Counted from the stretch's first letter, positions 1 to 13,740 are shown. The stretch is DNA of 64,000 nucleotides from Lama guanicoe (GCA_013239625.1 MU054220.1:5812626-5876625), one strand, 5' to 3'. The notes: a model not told the origin generated them from the sequence alone. Numbers and translations are program-made.

Positions 1-1260
1 CTTCCTATCTTTTAATAGGCTAAGGAATTTCTCTTCTATTCTTGGTTGACTGAGAGTATTTTTTTGTATTTTTGTTGCTATTTAATGAATAGCTATTGGA
101 ATGTATCAAATTATTTTCTGCATTTATTGAGATATCGATATGTGTTTTCTCTTTATTCTGTTAATGTGATACATTGCATTGATAGCTTTTCAGATGTAAT
201 TCCAATTTTGAGTACCTAGAACCCTGCTTGTCAAGATGAAAATATTTTTATTTAACACTTGATAATTATTATTCTTAAATTATGTTTAGTTTTTTGTGTG
301 TGTGTGTGTGTTGTTGCGCATAGGAGACATTGACCAGTAAACTTCCTCTTGTGCATTATTCTTTTCAAGTTTTAAATGCTGTTATGCTAGCTCATAAAAT
401 GAGTCTAGAAGTAGCTTCACTTTTTCTATTCTCTGAAAAAGTCTCTATCAGAGTGTATTATTTATTACCTAAACTTTTGAAAACTTTACTAGAGAAATCC
501 TCTGCTCTTGGAGTCTTCTCAGTGGGAAGGTTTTAATATACATACATGCATACATATATATATTCAATCATACTACATATATGATTTATTAGTAAGTATA
601 AAGGTATTTAAATTTTTTCTCATGTCAATTTTGATAAATTGTTTTTCAAATTGTCAAATTCATTGGCATAGATATGTTAATTATGTTCCTTTGTTACTCT
701 TTTAGAATGTGAGAATCTGAAATAATGTCCACATTATCATCCCTGGTATTACATCTATTTGTCTTTCTCTAATATTTTCCTAATTAGTTTAGCTAGGTAT
801 TTATCAATTTAATTAATGGTTAAGAGAATTAGCCTCTAAGATTCTGTTAATTTTCCCTTATTGAATATCTGTTTTCCATTCTTGATTACATTCTTTTTTT
901 TTTTTCACTGTCTTTGGATTTAAATGGATTTTTTGGCTAGTTTCTTGGAAATAAAACTTAGATCATAGATTTTCAAGCTTTCTTGTTCTAGTATATACAG
1001 TGTTTTCTGAACATTGAAATAAATGAATCCCATACATTTTGTCATGCCATAGTATTACTGTAATGAAGTGGAAAATATTTCCAATTTTTCATTTTGATAT
1101 TTTTCTTTGACCCATAGGGTATTTAGAAGTGGGTTCCTTAATGTCCAGACAATCATTATTTGTCTAGTTATAGTGCTGTTATTGAGTTCCATAGTCTATA
1201 ATTTTATTCTTAGATAATTATTGAAACGTATATTTTGGACCAACATATGGTCTTGGTAAA
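1..1260 (-). mobile_element. Old LINE-1 (L1M-type) ORF2 fragment, antisense
   Basis: T-rich sequence with typical antisense L1 ORF2 phrases (e.g. 'ttttctgcatttattgagat', 'ctgttaatgtgatacattgcattgat', 'ttctttgacccatagggtatttagaagtg'). No intact frame. Confidence 0.75.
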
Positions 1261-3951
1261 AATAACACAGAGGGTAGGGGAGCCAACCCTCATACAGCTG
1301 AAAATCTGCGTATAACTTTTGACTTCTCCCAAATCTAACTATTAATAGCTTACTATTGACTGGAAGCCCCACTGATGACATAAACAGTTGATTAACGCAT
1401 AGTTTGTATATGTATTTTATACCATATTCTTACAATAAAGTAAGCAAAAGAAAATATTAAGGAAATCATAAAGAAGAGAAATACATTTATAGTATTGTAT
1501 GTATATATTGATACCGTAAGTTTAAGTCATCTGTTTACAAGATAACTAGTCTGTTTTTCAGTACCTATATCAAAATTTTCTTATATGATACAAAACACTG
1601 TAGATCTTACACATATTTCTAATATTAAACATCAAAAATGAAAGGATAATGTGAGAAGAAATTCATATTTATTTACAGGTATAACAATTCATGCATTGAT
1701 AACTAAGAAGCATCGATATGATTGCTTCATGGTAGCCTAGCCTATACACTGATGAATGAATTGTATACAATTTTTACAGCATAAAGTGTTACAGTCATAT
1801 TCATAATACAATATTGGAAACATCATTATGTTTAAAAAAGAACACTTTCCTATAATGATAGGCTGATAATTAGTTTCTCCAACTACAAAAGAGGCATATT
1901 ATACAGTAATGTAATTCTTTGAAAGCCAAGTAATAAAACAGTTAGAAAACTAACATTATTAATTTTATATTAAATATCATTCACTTTATACCTATGTAAG
2001 AATAAGGTATCCATTTCAATACATGTCTTGCACATGATGTTCTACATGCTGAAAACTTAGGCTATGAAGATGATGATGAGACAAAAATACCTCATAGAGT
2101 GCTTGCCGTATAGTTGTCAGATTTTCACAGGAAGACACATACACAATAGATAGGTTTATTAACTGTACAGCATAATAATTATTCATTAGGTTGAAGTCAA
2201 CTATCATAAAGGTCTTTATCCTCATAATGTTCACATTGAGTAGGCTGAGGAGGAGGAGGAAGATGAAGAGTTGGTCTTGCTGACTCAGTGGTGGAAGAGG
2301 CAGAGAATGTGGAAGGGGAGGCAAGAGATGCAGGCATACTCGGTGTCACTTTATGGGAATATCTCATATATTCTGAGGCTTCTTTTTGCTTTTTTATTTC
2401 TTTTAAAATGTTCCTATGTAATATCAATCCTTCTTCAGGTTGCTTTAGCTCCAGCACCTCTCTCATAAAAGTCACCATGTTGTACAAGAAGTCAAAAGCA
2501 GTCTTGAATAACTGGAACCTGCTGCAAAACAAATAATGTCAATTTGTTTTCTGGCACTGCTTCTTCTGTTTTCTTCTTCATCATCTGGCACTGGTTCGGA
2601 AGCATACATCTCCATCAAGTCATCTTCTGTTAATTCCTCTGCTGTTGTGTCCTTTAGCTCTTGAATTTCTCCAGGATCCCTATCTTGAAACTCTTCACTC
2701 CCTCCCCACACTTCTTGCCATAGACACAATCTCTTTCATGATTTCCTTGATTGGCTCTGTCATAAATTCTGTGAAGTCATGCAAAACTTCTGGGCACAGT
2801 TTTCTCCAGCATCCAGCAGGAATTTATTGTTTCAGGCTTGATGGTTTTTATGGCTTTTTCTATAACAAGGATGGCAATTCCAAAGGTGTAATCCTTCCAG
2901 ACTTTCAGGATGTCCTCTCTACTGGGATTCTCATAGTACTGACAATCCTTTCTGTAGAGTACAGTGTGTAATGAACCTTAAAGGTTCTAGTGACTTCCTG
3001 TTCTAGAGGCTGAATTAGAGACTTTGGGAGCAAGATCCCCAGTTTGACACCTTCAGTGTTGAACTCATGGGGTTCTGGGTGGCCAGGCGCACTGTCCAAC
3101 ACCAAAAGCATAGAAGATAGTCTCTTATTGGAAAGATACTTCTTGAATTCAGGACAAAGGATTGATAGAACAAATTCAGAAAGAGTTCTTATGGTCCAGG
3201 CCTTCATGTTGTATAACCAACACTCTGGTAACTAGTATTCATCTTTTTCCTTCAAGACTCAGGGGTTAGTAACTTTATAGATAAGAACATTCCTGATTAT
3301 AAACTTGACTGCGTTTGTGCAAAACAGTACCGTTAGCCTACCCCTTCCTGTCTTAAATCTTGGTGCTTGCTTCTCTTCATTACTAATAAATGTTCGTTGT
3401 GGCATTTTTTTTTCCAGAATAGGACACTTTCATTTGCATTAAAAACCTGTTTCAACCTATATCTTTTCTCTTCAATGATTTTCTTAATGGAATCTGGGAA
3501 CTTGTCTGATGACTGTTGGTTGGCAGAAGCTCCTTCTCCTATTATCTTGACTTTTTTTTGGCAGAGGGCAAACCTCTTTCCAAAATGATCAAACTATCCA
3601 TTGCTGGCATTAAATTATTTAGCTTTAGACCCTTTACCTTCCTTTTACTTTAATTTGTCATATAATGACTTTGACTTTTCTTGAATCATATTAGTCTGTA
3701 GAAACCCTGCACCCGCCTAGAAGCTGCATTTTCAATACAAGATAAAAAGGAACTTCGTGAAAAGTGCAAGGCTTTTGTGCCTGCTGGTGTAGCTGCAGTG
3801 AAGCCTTCATGAATTTCCTTGTCTTTTTTTCACAATGTTCCTTATGCTGGATTAATTTATCTGAAAATGGCAGGCAACCACAGGCAGCTGCAGACCTCAG
3901 TCTAATGGCATGTATTAAGATGTATCAAGCAATTCAACTTTTTCTTGAAAG
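1261..3951 (-). mobile_element. Tigger2-type (Tigger2/Tigger2f-like) TcMar DNA transposon, truncated at both ends
   Basis: 1261-1450 resembles the Tigger2 3' end ('gaaaatctgcgtataacttttgac...taatagcttactattgactggaagcc'). Minus-strand peptides match a pogo/Tigger transposase: N-terminal TFQEKVELLD (~3951-3922), LLVLDSAPGHP and SLIQPLEQEV (ORF 2905-3207), and C-terminal FKTAFDF...PPPPQPTQ (ORF 2197-2532). Confidence 0.9.
2197..3951 (-). pseudogene. Decayed Tigger/pogo DDE transposase (frameshifted)
   Basis: Consecutive ORF pieces 2905-3207, 2472-2729 and 2197-2532 lie in different frames and give collinear transposase motifs. Multiple stops and frameshifts. Confidence 0.88.
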
Positions 3952-3984
3952 TTATATGTGTTTGTGTGTGTGTGTGTGCAATGT

Positions 3985-4410
3985 GTGTAGTGCTGCAGTG
4001 AGCATGGAGGTGTATGTAACTTTCCAAGTTAGTGTTTTTGTTTTCTTCAGATAAATATCCAGAAGTGGAATTTCTGGATTATGTGCTAGTTTTTTAATTT
4101 TTTGAGAAATCTCCATACTGTTTTCCATAGTGGCTGCATCAATTTACATTCCCACCAACAGTGCACAAGGGTTCTCTTTTCTCCACATCCATGCCAAAAC
4201 TTGTATTTCTTGTCTTTTTGATCATAGCCATTCTGGCAGGTATAAGGTGACATCTCATTGTGGTTTTGATTTGCGTTACTTTTAACTGTTAGTGATGTTG
4301 AGCACCTTTCCATGTACCTGTTGGCCATCTGTGTGTCTTCTTTGGGAAAAAACATCTATTCAAGTCCTCTGTCCATTTTTTAATCAGATTGTGCTTTTTT
4401 GCTATTGTCA
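3985..4410 (-). mobile_element. LINE-1 ORF2 C-terminal fragment
   Basis: ORF 4086-4355 reads 'KEDTQMANRYMERCSTSL...[30 protein letters not shown]', the L1 ORF2 Cys-rich C-terminus. Confidence 0.95.
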
Positions 4411-7400
4411 TTTAGCTTTTAATTTAATTTTTTATGTTTTTCATTTATAGAAGTTTATTTGATTAAAAAAACTCATAGTTGATCATTTTTAGTAGATACA
4501 TTTTTTAATGCATGATTTTGTTCTCACATTAGATTTCCTTAAACATAACAAGTATTTTTTAAAATTTATTTATACATCCAATAATTCTAGTATTTGAAAT
4601 CTATGCACATATGGTTTGGCCTTTGCTTGTTAGTTTTTTTCTAGTTACTCTTTTATAAATTCTATGAATTTTATTAAAATCCTTGTTATTTAAAGCTATT
4701 TGTGGGAACTCCTTAAGTTTTGGGATGAGGATGTGTCCCTCCATGTTTGTAGCTGTCTGAGGATATTACCAAACTGTGATGATTAAAATAAAAATGTTTA
4801 TGGCCCTGTGCCTTAGATTTGTGCTTCACCCATAATACAGTGTATGTTTGCTGTATTAATGAAGAATTTTGATTCTGATTTAAAGGACAAAGAAAAACAC
4901 TTGGATAGATGAAACTCATAAGAAAGGTTGTGCAGAGATAGTAAGTGCATCATCAACCTTTAGGGCACATTAAACATAGATAGAATAAATAGTCCTTCAT
5001 GTGTAAAACATAGATTAACAGGTGAAACAATCAAATGAGTGTTACTTGTAGGTAGAAAGAGACAGAAAGCAAAATGAGCCTTAAATATTTATAAAGCACA
5101 GATCTACCTCAAATTGGACACCCACTGTGGGGGGAATGAAAGTTTTTGTTGGCCTTTTTTTAAATTAACAAATGTAGCCTTAATTTAGTCCTGAATCCCA
5201 GGCTTTCTTGTAGATAGTAAATCTCAAGGAAGACTTAGTTTAATTTATATATTTGCTTCTTTATACAGAGCCAAAACTAAGTCAGTTGTCTTTTGTTTTC
5301 CCATCTCTCTTTGGAGAGGAGATTTGTCTTCTTTGTTTAAACTTTTTGTGAGATTTTGGACTTAATTGGTTCATAGATTTATGCAAGTGTCATCTATCCA
5401 ATTTTTCATCTTTTGTGAGTCCGGTATTTTGTGTCTTAACCACTGTGTGTAACCTTTTAAACTAGAGCACCTGGTTACCCCCAAATGGCAGATGACATCA
5501 GAAAACCTTAGTTTTAGCACTTGTTTATACTTGGGGAGGGGTCTATGCTTTTTACCCTCTATAATTTTTATCATTTTAGCAAAGATTTTGTTTGTCATTT
5601 ATGTATCACTTTTAAAATATTTTGTAGCAAGACAGTTTCAGAAAACCTGAAATAAAATAAGGAGGCAATATTTATTTTATATTCTGAGCTATCACATACA
5701 TTTTGAGGACTCTTTCTAACTTCCACTTTGGGGGAAGATTCCCCATTGGGCCCTTTTCCCTGCCAATTTTATACAATTTTTATGTATTTAAATACAAGAT
5801 CACTAAAAATAAACATATTTCTAAACTTTCACAGAAAAAAACTAAATAATTATAGTAATTCAACTCATTATTCTTTGGTGAAATACTTATTGAATTCTCT
5901 GAGATACAAATATGCATCAGTTAATAAGAGAAACAAATACAATTTACAATTCAAGAAAATCAAATCATTTTGTGTGTGTGTGTAGAGTTAGAATTGGGTT
6001 TGCTCAAAATTATTTGAACTTTTAAAACTCAAATCTTAGTAGTATTTCTAAAACTCTGCTCTCAATTATGTAGATGAATTAAATAAAAATAAAAAATAGA
6101 AAAAAGTAACCTAAAGCTGTTTTATAAAAAATGACAAATGGTGATTAATTATTTTGGAAGAATATGCAAAAAATGGTCTGAGGAGGTGCTACATATTGCC
6201 TATTGTTAGAATTTAGAGTGTACTGAATACATCATTCAATATTTCCTTATGTTGTATTATGTCTTCAATATGCTTTTAAAACACTGTTTCTTTTAAAATC
6301 TATGTAAAATGTATATGATTTTAAAAATAGTTACTATTATTTTCACTTCACAAACAAGGAAACTAAAATTTACAAAGGGTGCATGATATGCAAATAGTAT
6401 AAGAATGAAGCCTGAAACCTGACTATTTAATCTTAACTGTTTATCTTGTATGATATTATTGATTTAAAACTCCAGAGCAATAGTCAAATCTCCATAAACT
6501 TCTTAAACTACACTTTTGTCTTTCAAAGCATGGCATAGTTTGAGAATACAGGTCTCACCAGTTGTCTCTCTTTAGCAGATTTACGGTTTGGGACAGGAAG
6601 GTTGGGCAGATGCCAAATAAAACTTGCTTTGGTAAACAAACAGTATCTGATGAGTGTTGATATATCGTAATTCAAAAAGAATTGCAAATACACATCTGAA
6701 GATAGGGGGCGTAGGCACTCACAGTTGTGTTGCTGACGCCAGTGTTTCTGTCTAGCATGTAAATGCAGAATTATGGCATTCATTTTGTGGTGTTGTGTAA
6801 CGGGCATTCCTAATTCAGGACACATATATCCAAACTATAGATTTTCCAACCCGTCCATAGGAAAGTAACAAGCTCTTCAGCATGGGATTGATCTCAGAAT
6901 GCTTTTATAGGACATCTGTCTTTAGGAAAGATTCTGGGCAGATTTTTTTCCCCCTTACTGGTTTGAATGCCAATGATACAGATGTTTTCCAGTGGAGAAA
7001 AGGATCCAAGATTGTGGCTTGATCCAAGATTAAAAGTCAACACTCAGTCTCTGAATCAGCCAACATGGTTCTCAGCTACAAGAGTAAAATTTGAAAGAAA
7101 AAAAAAAGGTAGATCATCCTGTTCATTATGCCTACTGGATGTTATTTCTATTGCTCCTGTATCTGGGAATACGTTCAATATCTTTTGGGCATGAGATGTT
7201 GCAGAAAGGAAGGTATAATTCATGGCATATAGCTGAGAGAACAGAGAGAAATCCAGTTTAAATTTGGTAGCACAACAGGAATGTCAGAAAAGAGGTGAGG
7301 ACTGGGGAAATAGAAAACTAGTCTGCTGTGAAGGTTGTCATGCTCAAGTGCGTGTCTGTTCTGTGGAGTCTGTGATCTGATGAGCGTTGATGATGCGCCT

Positions 7401-7569
7401 CTTCTTGGAAATGCCTCATAAAAACGAAGCTAAAGAGAGGATATGAAGTGTCTGTAAAACTTTTGACAGAATATCCACTTCATATTTTCCATTAAGAAAA
7501 AAGAACAAATCAGATGATCTAATCTATTTTGGCTCCAGGTAATTAAGCATTATTTCTGAACACATTTTC

Positions 7570-7860
7570 ATAAAGGACAGCATACATATAGAGAAGTGTA
7601 CAGGTCAGACCTCAGTGGATTTTACACAAACTTGAAGACACTTGCATAGCCAGCATCAGTTCCAGAAGCAGAACATTTCTAACGTCCCAGAAGCTCCAGA
7701 GTGCTCCCTTCTGGTAACTGTTTTCCCCAAGCATTTGCAGTCTCCTGATTTCTGATACTGTGAGTTTGCCTATTTGGGAACTGTGTATAAATGGAGTCAT
7801 CAAGCAGCATTTTGTTTGATTCTTTTCACTCAGTATCATTTTTATGTTTTAATTCATTCA
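7570..7860 (-). mobile_element. Ancient L1 (L1MB/L1ME-like) 3' end fragment
   Basis: 'agaacatttctaacgtcccagaagctcc...tataaatggagtcat...cttttcactcagtatcatttt' is typical of an antisense old L1 3' end. Confidence 0.7.
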
Positions 7861-8811
7861 TACTTGTTGCTTTATGATATTAATTGTAGGAATTTCTGCT
7901 AACCAGATATTTGTTAGAGAATAACTTTTCAGTCATTTACTCACTTGCTTATTTAATATTTAGTTATTGGGTGCAAACTGTGCTAGCATCAGAGGACAAA
8001 ACATAGCAAAGAAAGAAATTATGGTCATCCCTTCAGGGAGATGTCAAGCTACAAGCTGGATAATCAGTAATAAGCTTCTTAAAAATCTCATAAATTATTT
8101 CAAAATATGCAAATGCTATGAAAGAAGGGAACAGTGGATCTTTATATAAATATGTGTTAAAGATCAAAAGCTTTCATCTTGGGCAATACTTGGATAAGTA
8201 TCTTTAGACTTTGAAGCAATGGAAGCCGAATATTTTTTTCCATATTTACTTTTTTCATTAGATTTAACAAACTGAAAGCTAAAAGTGCCTCTTGAATCCT
8301 TCCTCTCAGCAGAAAAGTCCTTGGTGTCAGTTATTGGATCAAGCCAGCGGCTGGACAGACTTTCTGGCTGATTTACAGAAAGTTTGATGAACTGTTCCAT
8401 GACAACCTCTTTTCATTTGAATACATTAATTTTGTTACCAATAAATTTGGCATTTTAAGAAACCAGATTAAAGACATTTTTGTCCCCAAAGAAATTTCTT
8501 TTTTTTTAATTCCCTCCAAACTTTTCTTCCGCATTCACATTGTTCCTATTTTTGCTATAAAAATGGTCTTTTGACAAGAGCACTTAAGAGTAAGTAAGAC
8601 TTAATCAATCATGCAGGCAGCCCCATACCACATGCACATCTGTATATTAACTCTTCCTGATTTCATTTTACTATCTGGCATTTATTCTTCCTTGAATCTG
8701 ATTTTTAGCTTCATTTCTTATATTTGAAAATAATTTTATTTTAAGGCTATCTGACATATAGCTTGTAACTAGGCCATGAATATATACATATACATAACAT
8801 ATATAATGTAT

Positions 8812-8957
8812 ACATGCAGATATGGAACCCACAAATATGGAGAGCAGCTGTACTATGCTGTTTTATACAAGGGGAGTGAGCATCTTCAGATTTTAATATC
8901 CCCAGGGGTTCCTGGAACCCGTCCTCCACATGCCGCCCATACTGAGGGTTACCTGTA
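8812..8957 (-). mobile_element. MER2/MER8-like Tigger-derived MITE fragment
   Basis: 'gagcatcttcagattttaatatccccaggggttcctggaacc...atactgagggttacctg' followed by TA resembles the MER2-type terminus. Confidence 0.7.
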
Positions 8958-9679
8958 TGTATATAATTCTATACATATAACAATTATGTACATTTGACAA
9001 TTGTTCTAAGTTTGCATAGCATTTTAGTGTCCAAATGGTCACTACCAATAAATGAGCATCTGTTAATGAAACCTTGCATTTCTCATCATTATAACACAGT
9101 AAGGTAGATGGAAACATTATTGCTTCTTTTCTTACAGTGCACAAATCTGAAGGTTAACTTGCCAAGGCTGCATGGCTAGTTAATAGCATATCTGCTATTT
9201 GAATTCAGAGCTTTTAAGTCAAACTGTGTGCCCATTCCAATTCCCAAGAAACATATTACTGTAGATTTATTTTCTTCCTTTTTTTCCTCCATTGAGATTA
9301 GAGTGTTGTAAGAGCATGGCACATTCAGAAAAGAGTAGGAGTACCAAGAATGTTGAGGGAAAAGGAAAGAAAAATGAGGTAAGAAATTCCAAATTTTAAT
9401 TTCATCAAGATTCCACTTAGACTGGAGGCCAGTATGACTCTAGAGGAATGTTTCCCAAACTATGTTTCAGTTTTTTTTGAAATATTAATAGAAATAGAAA
9501 GTAAAGACAACACTAAGAAAAACAGAGAAGGGTAGTCAAAATACAATTTCATCAACATTAAAGTAATAAAAATTCAGCAGATTTTGGTGCTGTAAAACAT
9601 TTCTATGCTTTTAATATAGTAACATAGAGGGAAGATAACTGACCATGGAAGCCTTTAAATTTTTCCCATGAGATGTTAC

Positions 9680-10535
9680 TTTTTTTTTTTTTTTTTTTTT
9701 TTATTAGAGCCCACATACAAGTGATATCACATGGTATTTTTCTTTCTCTTTCTGGCTTACTTCACTTAGAATGACGATCTCCAGTTTCATCCATGTTGCT
9801 GCAAATGGCATTATTTTATTTTTCTCTATGACTGAGTAGCATTCCATTGTATAAATATACCATAACTTCTTTATCCAGTCATCTGTCAATGTACATTTAG
9901 GTTGTTTCCATGTCTTGGCTATTGTAAATAGTGCTGCTATGAACATTAGAGTGCCTGTGTCGTTTTGAATTAAGGTTCTCTCTGGATATATGCCCAGGAG
10001 TGGGATTGCTGAATCATATGGTGAGTCTATATTTAGTTTTTTGAGGAATCTCTGTACCGTTTTCCGTAATGGCTGCACCAAACTACATTCCCACCAACAG
10101 TAGAGGAGGGCTCCCTTTTCTCTCACACCCTCTCCAGCATTTATCACTTATGCAATTTTGAATGATGGCCCTTTTGACTGGTGTGAAGTGATACCTCATT
10201 GTAGTTTTGATTTGCATTCATCTGATAATTAGTGATATTGAATATTTTTTCATATGTTTATTGCGCATTCATATGTCTTTACTGGAGAATTGCTTGTTTA
10301 GGTCTTCTGCCCATTTTTGAATTGGGTTGTTTGTTTTTTTCTTAAGTTGTTTGAGTTGTTTATATAGTCTGGAGATGAAGCCCTTGTCAGTCTCATCTTT
10401 TGCAAATATTTGTTCCCATTCTGTAGGTTGTCTTTTTGTTTTGCCTATGGTTTCCTTTGCTGTGCAAAAGCTTATGAGTTTAATTAGGTCCCATTTGGTT
10501 ATGTTTGCTTTTATTTCTGTTGCTTGGGTAGATTG
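9680..10535 (-). mobile_element. 5'-truncated, relatively young LINE-1 (ORF2 C-terminus) with poly(A) and ~14-bp TSD
   Basis: T23 at 9680-9702. ORF 9704-10147 is the L1 ORF2 C-terminus ([11 protein letters not shown]...IKKLWYIYTMEC...ISLVCGL*). Flanks ccatgagatgttac (9666-9679) and ccatgagacatttc (10536-10549). Confidence 0.95.
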
Positions 10536-11399
10536 CCATGAGACATTTCATATAGTCTCACAAAACACACCTAAAAAATACATTAAGAAATTATCCACCT
10601 GCATTAGGAAAATTGGCCCACACAAGGATTTACATAGGAAGAATTAAGAAAAATGCGTGTATAATTTTATCCCAAACAGAATTATACTCTGTGACCAGAA
10701 TAGTTTATTACTTAACATTCTAATTATAAAAACTATGTACCCGTATTCCTGGACAGAATATCTATATTCTATAACCTTATCCTCCATCAAAACTAGGCCA
10801 CAGACTGAAAGGGAACTGCGTGATGGGCTGGCTGTCTCCTAAACTCTCGGTCTTTGTGTGATTACTGTGCAACAAGAAATTGTTCTTAGACTAAATACAG
10901 ACATGCTTAGCAAAGTAAGATGATATCCATTATGAAAAAAAATCAAAGACATTTTTGAATAGCCTTTCAAAGTGGTCTTTTCCTTTAGGAGCAAGAATTC
11001 TAAGATTTAGAAACAGGGGTCGTGACCCATGAAGAAATTCGACATTTTAGTTTAACGCATGTCAGCCCAAATGGGCCAATAATCAGATTCTTTTTGATCC
11101 TAGGTAGTTAAATAGGTAATGTTGCTCAATAAAACATGAGACCTATGCCCTGACCTCTCTTTTGGTTCACCAGCAATTGTTTGAAGACACCACACTGTTT
11201 GGATTTCTGTTTGCATTGGAATCAAAATGTTTCTGTTCTCCTCCCCCGCCCACCCCCATAATGTAAGATTCTTCTGCAGGAAGGTAGAGATAGACAACTT
11301 GTCTTAAGTAATTAATTTTTAGTATGCCAGATCTTTTAACAGCTTCTCTTTTGAGAGGGTTATTTCTGTTTCTGGATCATGCCCAGTAGGAGTGAATGT

Positions 11400-11836
11400 A
11401 GAAGCATTGTGTAATTTGAGGAGAATTAGAAACATCAGCAGAGTGTGATTTTTGCCCCACTCAGTTCCCTTCACCTCTGTTATGGCATCCGTCTTCTAGC
11501 AGCTGGGGGTTCTTTGACAGCTCACGCCTGCATTCTTTCCTTGAAAACTCTTTACGAGATTAGCACCGCCTTACCTAGAGAGGTGTGGGGATTATGTGTC
11601 CCTCTAGGTCCCTTGCCTCAAGAAGGGGTAGCCTCTGATGCAGTTTAGACTCCAGACATCCCTGGGGGATCGTGCTGAATTTAAACTTCATGTGAACCTT
11701 CCTCTGGCTTAGCCCCTTCAGCATTCCCATCGTGTTCCTCTCACCCTAGCCAGTTTCTCCTGAGAAATTTCTCACAATAAATCACACGCACAAAAAAATC
11801 AACATCAGGCTCTGCTTTTAAGAGCCTACCATAAGA
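11400..11836 (+). mobile_element. ERVL solo LTR remnant (LTR16-like)
   Basis: The 3' end 'aataaatcacacgcac...tcaggctctgctttta...taaga' resembles the LTR16 family terminus. Confidence 0.6.
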
Positions 11837-12839
11837 TGGTTGTCAAATAGAAAACAGTAAGGAATGGAGGAGCAAAGACATGCAACCCCAAAACTTTAAG
11901 GATACAGGAACCAAAGAAAATCCAATGCCCTAGTTGTGTAGCATATTGATTACAACAAACAAACAAACAAGAGTGAGATTGGTCAAATGCTTGTAAGTCA
12001 TTAGTAAATGCATCAGATTGGAGACTAGATTGAACTATTAACTAGTAGCAAATGGGGGCAGTCGAGAGAATAATGTATTCATAGATAAAGAGAGTTTTAT
12101 CTGAAGTTACGGTGTAAGAGGATATTAACACCAGTAAAATCTAGTTTAAGAAAAACCATACTTATATATGAGACTGCCAAAGGATAATGGGTTCAAAGAA
12201 GTCCAGAAAAACCCATTTCAAAAGAAAGGATTTCTTCACGAGTGAAGAGAGAGTCCTGACTCTTTCCTGGTGGAAGATTCCATGTTTAAGTGTGGGCAAG
12301 AAAATGCCTTCTAGAAAATCTGCACAATTGAGGAGAGACTCCTAACAGGATCAACCTATTGGTAATGGTGAGGAAGGCAAGGAGGTTTGGAGCTGCAAAT
12401 CTAACAGAAGTAAAAACAATCATTTTAGCCTGGAAATTCATAATTCTACCCAATTTATCTGAGTAAATGACAGTGAACTCAGGGCTGAAAAGTACAGAGA
12501 ATATCTACAGTCTTGAGCATTCTCACAGTGCTTGGAACAAAATGACCCCAACTGCAGATTCTGAAGGTGAAAGCATAAACTGTCTTTGAACCAAATCTAA
12601 TAAAATAAAAGAGATTAGCCAGAGTAACTAAGAGGGACCACAGTAACTCACTGGTTGGTAGTTGGACTAACCAAAAGTGCATTCAATTTTATTAAAGCTG
12701 AAGCTAGATTAGAGATTAACTTGACACTCTATCTTAGTTGTCAGACATAGGAAAAGACTCGCCATTTCTGGGAGAAACTGAACAAAACAGTAGAATACTT
12801 CAAACTCCACCATTATTCTGCATTTACAATAAAAAATAT

Positions 12840-13245
12840 AAAATATGCAAGAAATATTAGAATTAGCAGGTAAGAACTTATTTTAATGAATTTAAATATG
12901 TTTAAAGACTTACATGAAAATAATGAAATGAATAGGTGAATGAATGTTGATTCTCAGCAAAGAAAGGGAAACTGAAAAATAACTGAGTCAAAATTTTAGA
13001 GTCAAAAATTCAATACCTAAAATGAAAAAGAAACAAAAGCAAGCATAAAAGAAAGCAATAAGCACTAGATAAACTTAATAGATGAATGGACACATCAATA
13101 AACTTGAAAATAGGCCAACGAGCATTAATTAAGTAGAAACTCATACGGCAAAATAAAAAATTTAATGAATAAATTATAAATAACCAGTGGAAAAATGTGA
13201 AGCAATCTAATACATGTGTAATTGGACTCCAGGAAAGACTAAAAA
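12840..13245 (+). mobile_element. Ancient L1 ORF1-region fragment
   Basis: A-rich coiled-coil-like sequence ending 'tctaatacatgtgtaattggactccag', which corresponds to the L1 ORF1 NIxIIGxPE region. Confidence 0.65.
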
Positions 13246-13740
13246 AAGTATACAGTAGTTTAGCTCACAGCTTCATATGAACAAATCTCCAAGACTTTAT
13301 TTAATTAGGATCTATTTTAAGTAATCACCCATGAAATAGGCAACTCAAAAGAATTAAAACCTTAGTTTCCATTTGAAGAAGAGGTTTTGAGTTTGTGTTC
13401 ATTCCTACACTGAGGTACCAAAATTCTTGAAAATATTTATTCCTGTAGTTAAGGAAAGGAATTTGAACATTCAGAATTGGCATAAAGGAGAAACAGAAAA
13501 ATAAGATTAAGGCAACTGATTATTTGTTTTTTAATCGGGACAAATATATATTCAGCAGCTCACTGGACTCTGAGTTGAGAGATCTGGCTCTAGTCCAGAG
13601 TTACTCCCTGATTAGTTGCGTGAGTTTGGGTTAGGGCAGTTTTCCTTCTTCTGCCCCAGTTCCTTCTACAGGTGAAGTATTTGAAGATGAATCTTCTGGT
13701 CTCATATACCTCTGAGAGTCTATGAAAGTAATACTTAATT

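Noticed and set aside
9704..10147. 147-aa ORF as a host gene
   Set aside because: It is the L1 ORF2 C-terminus of a 5'-truncated insertion.
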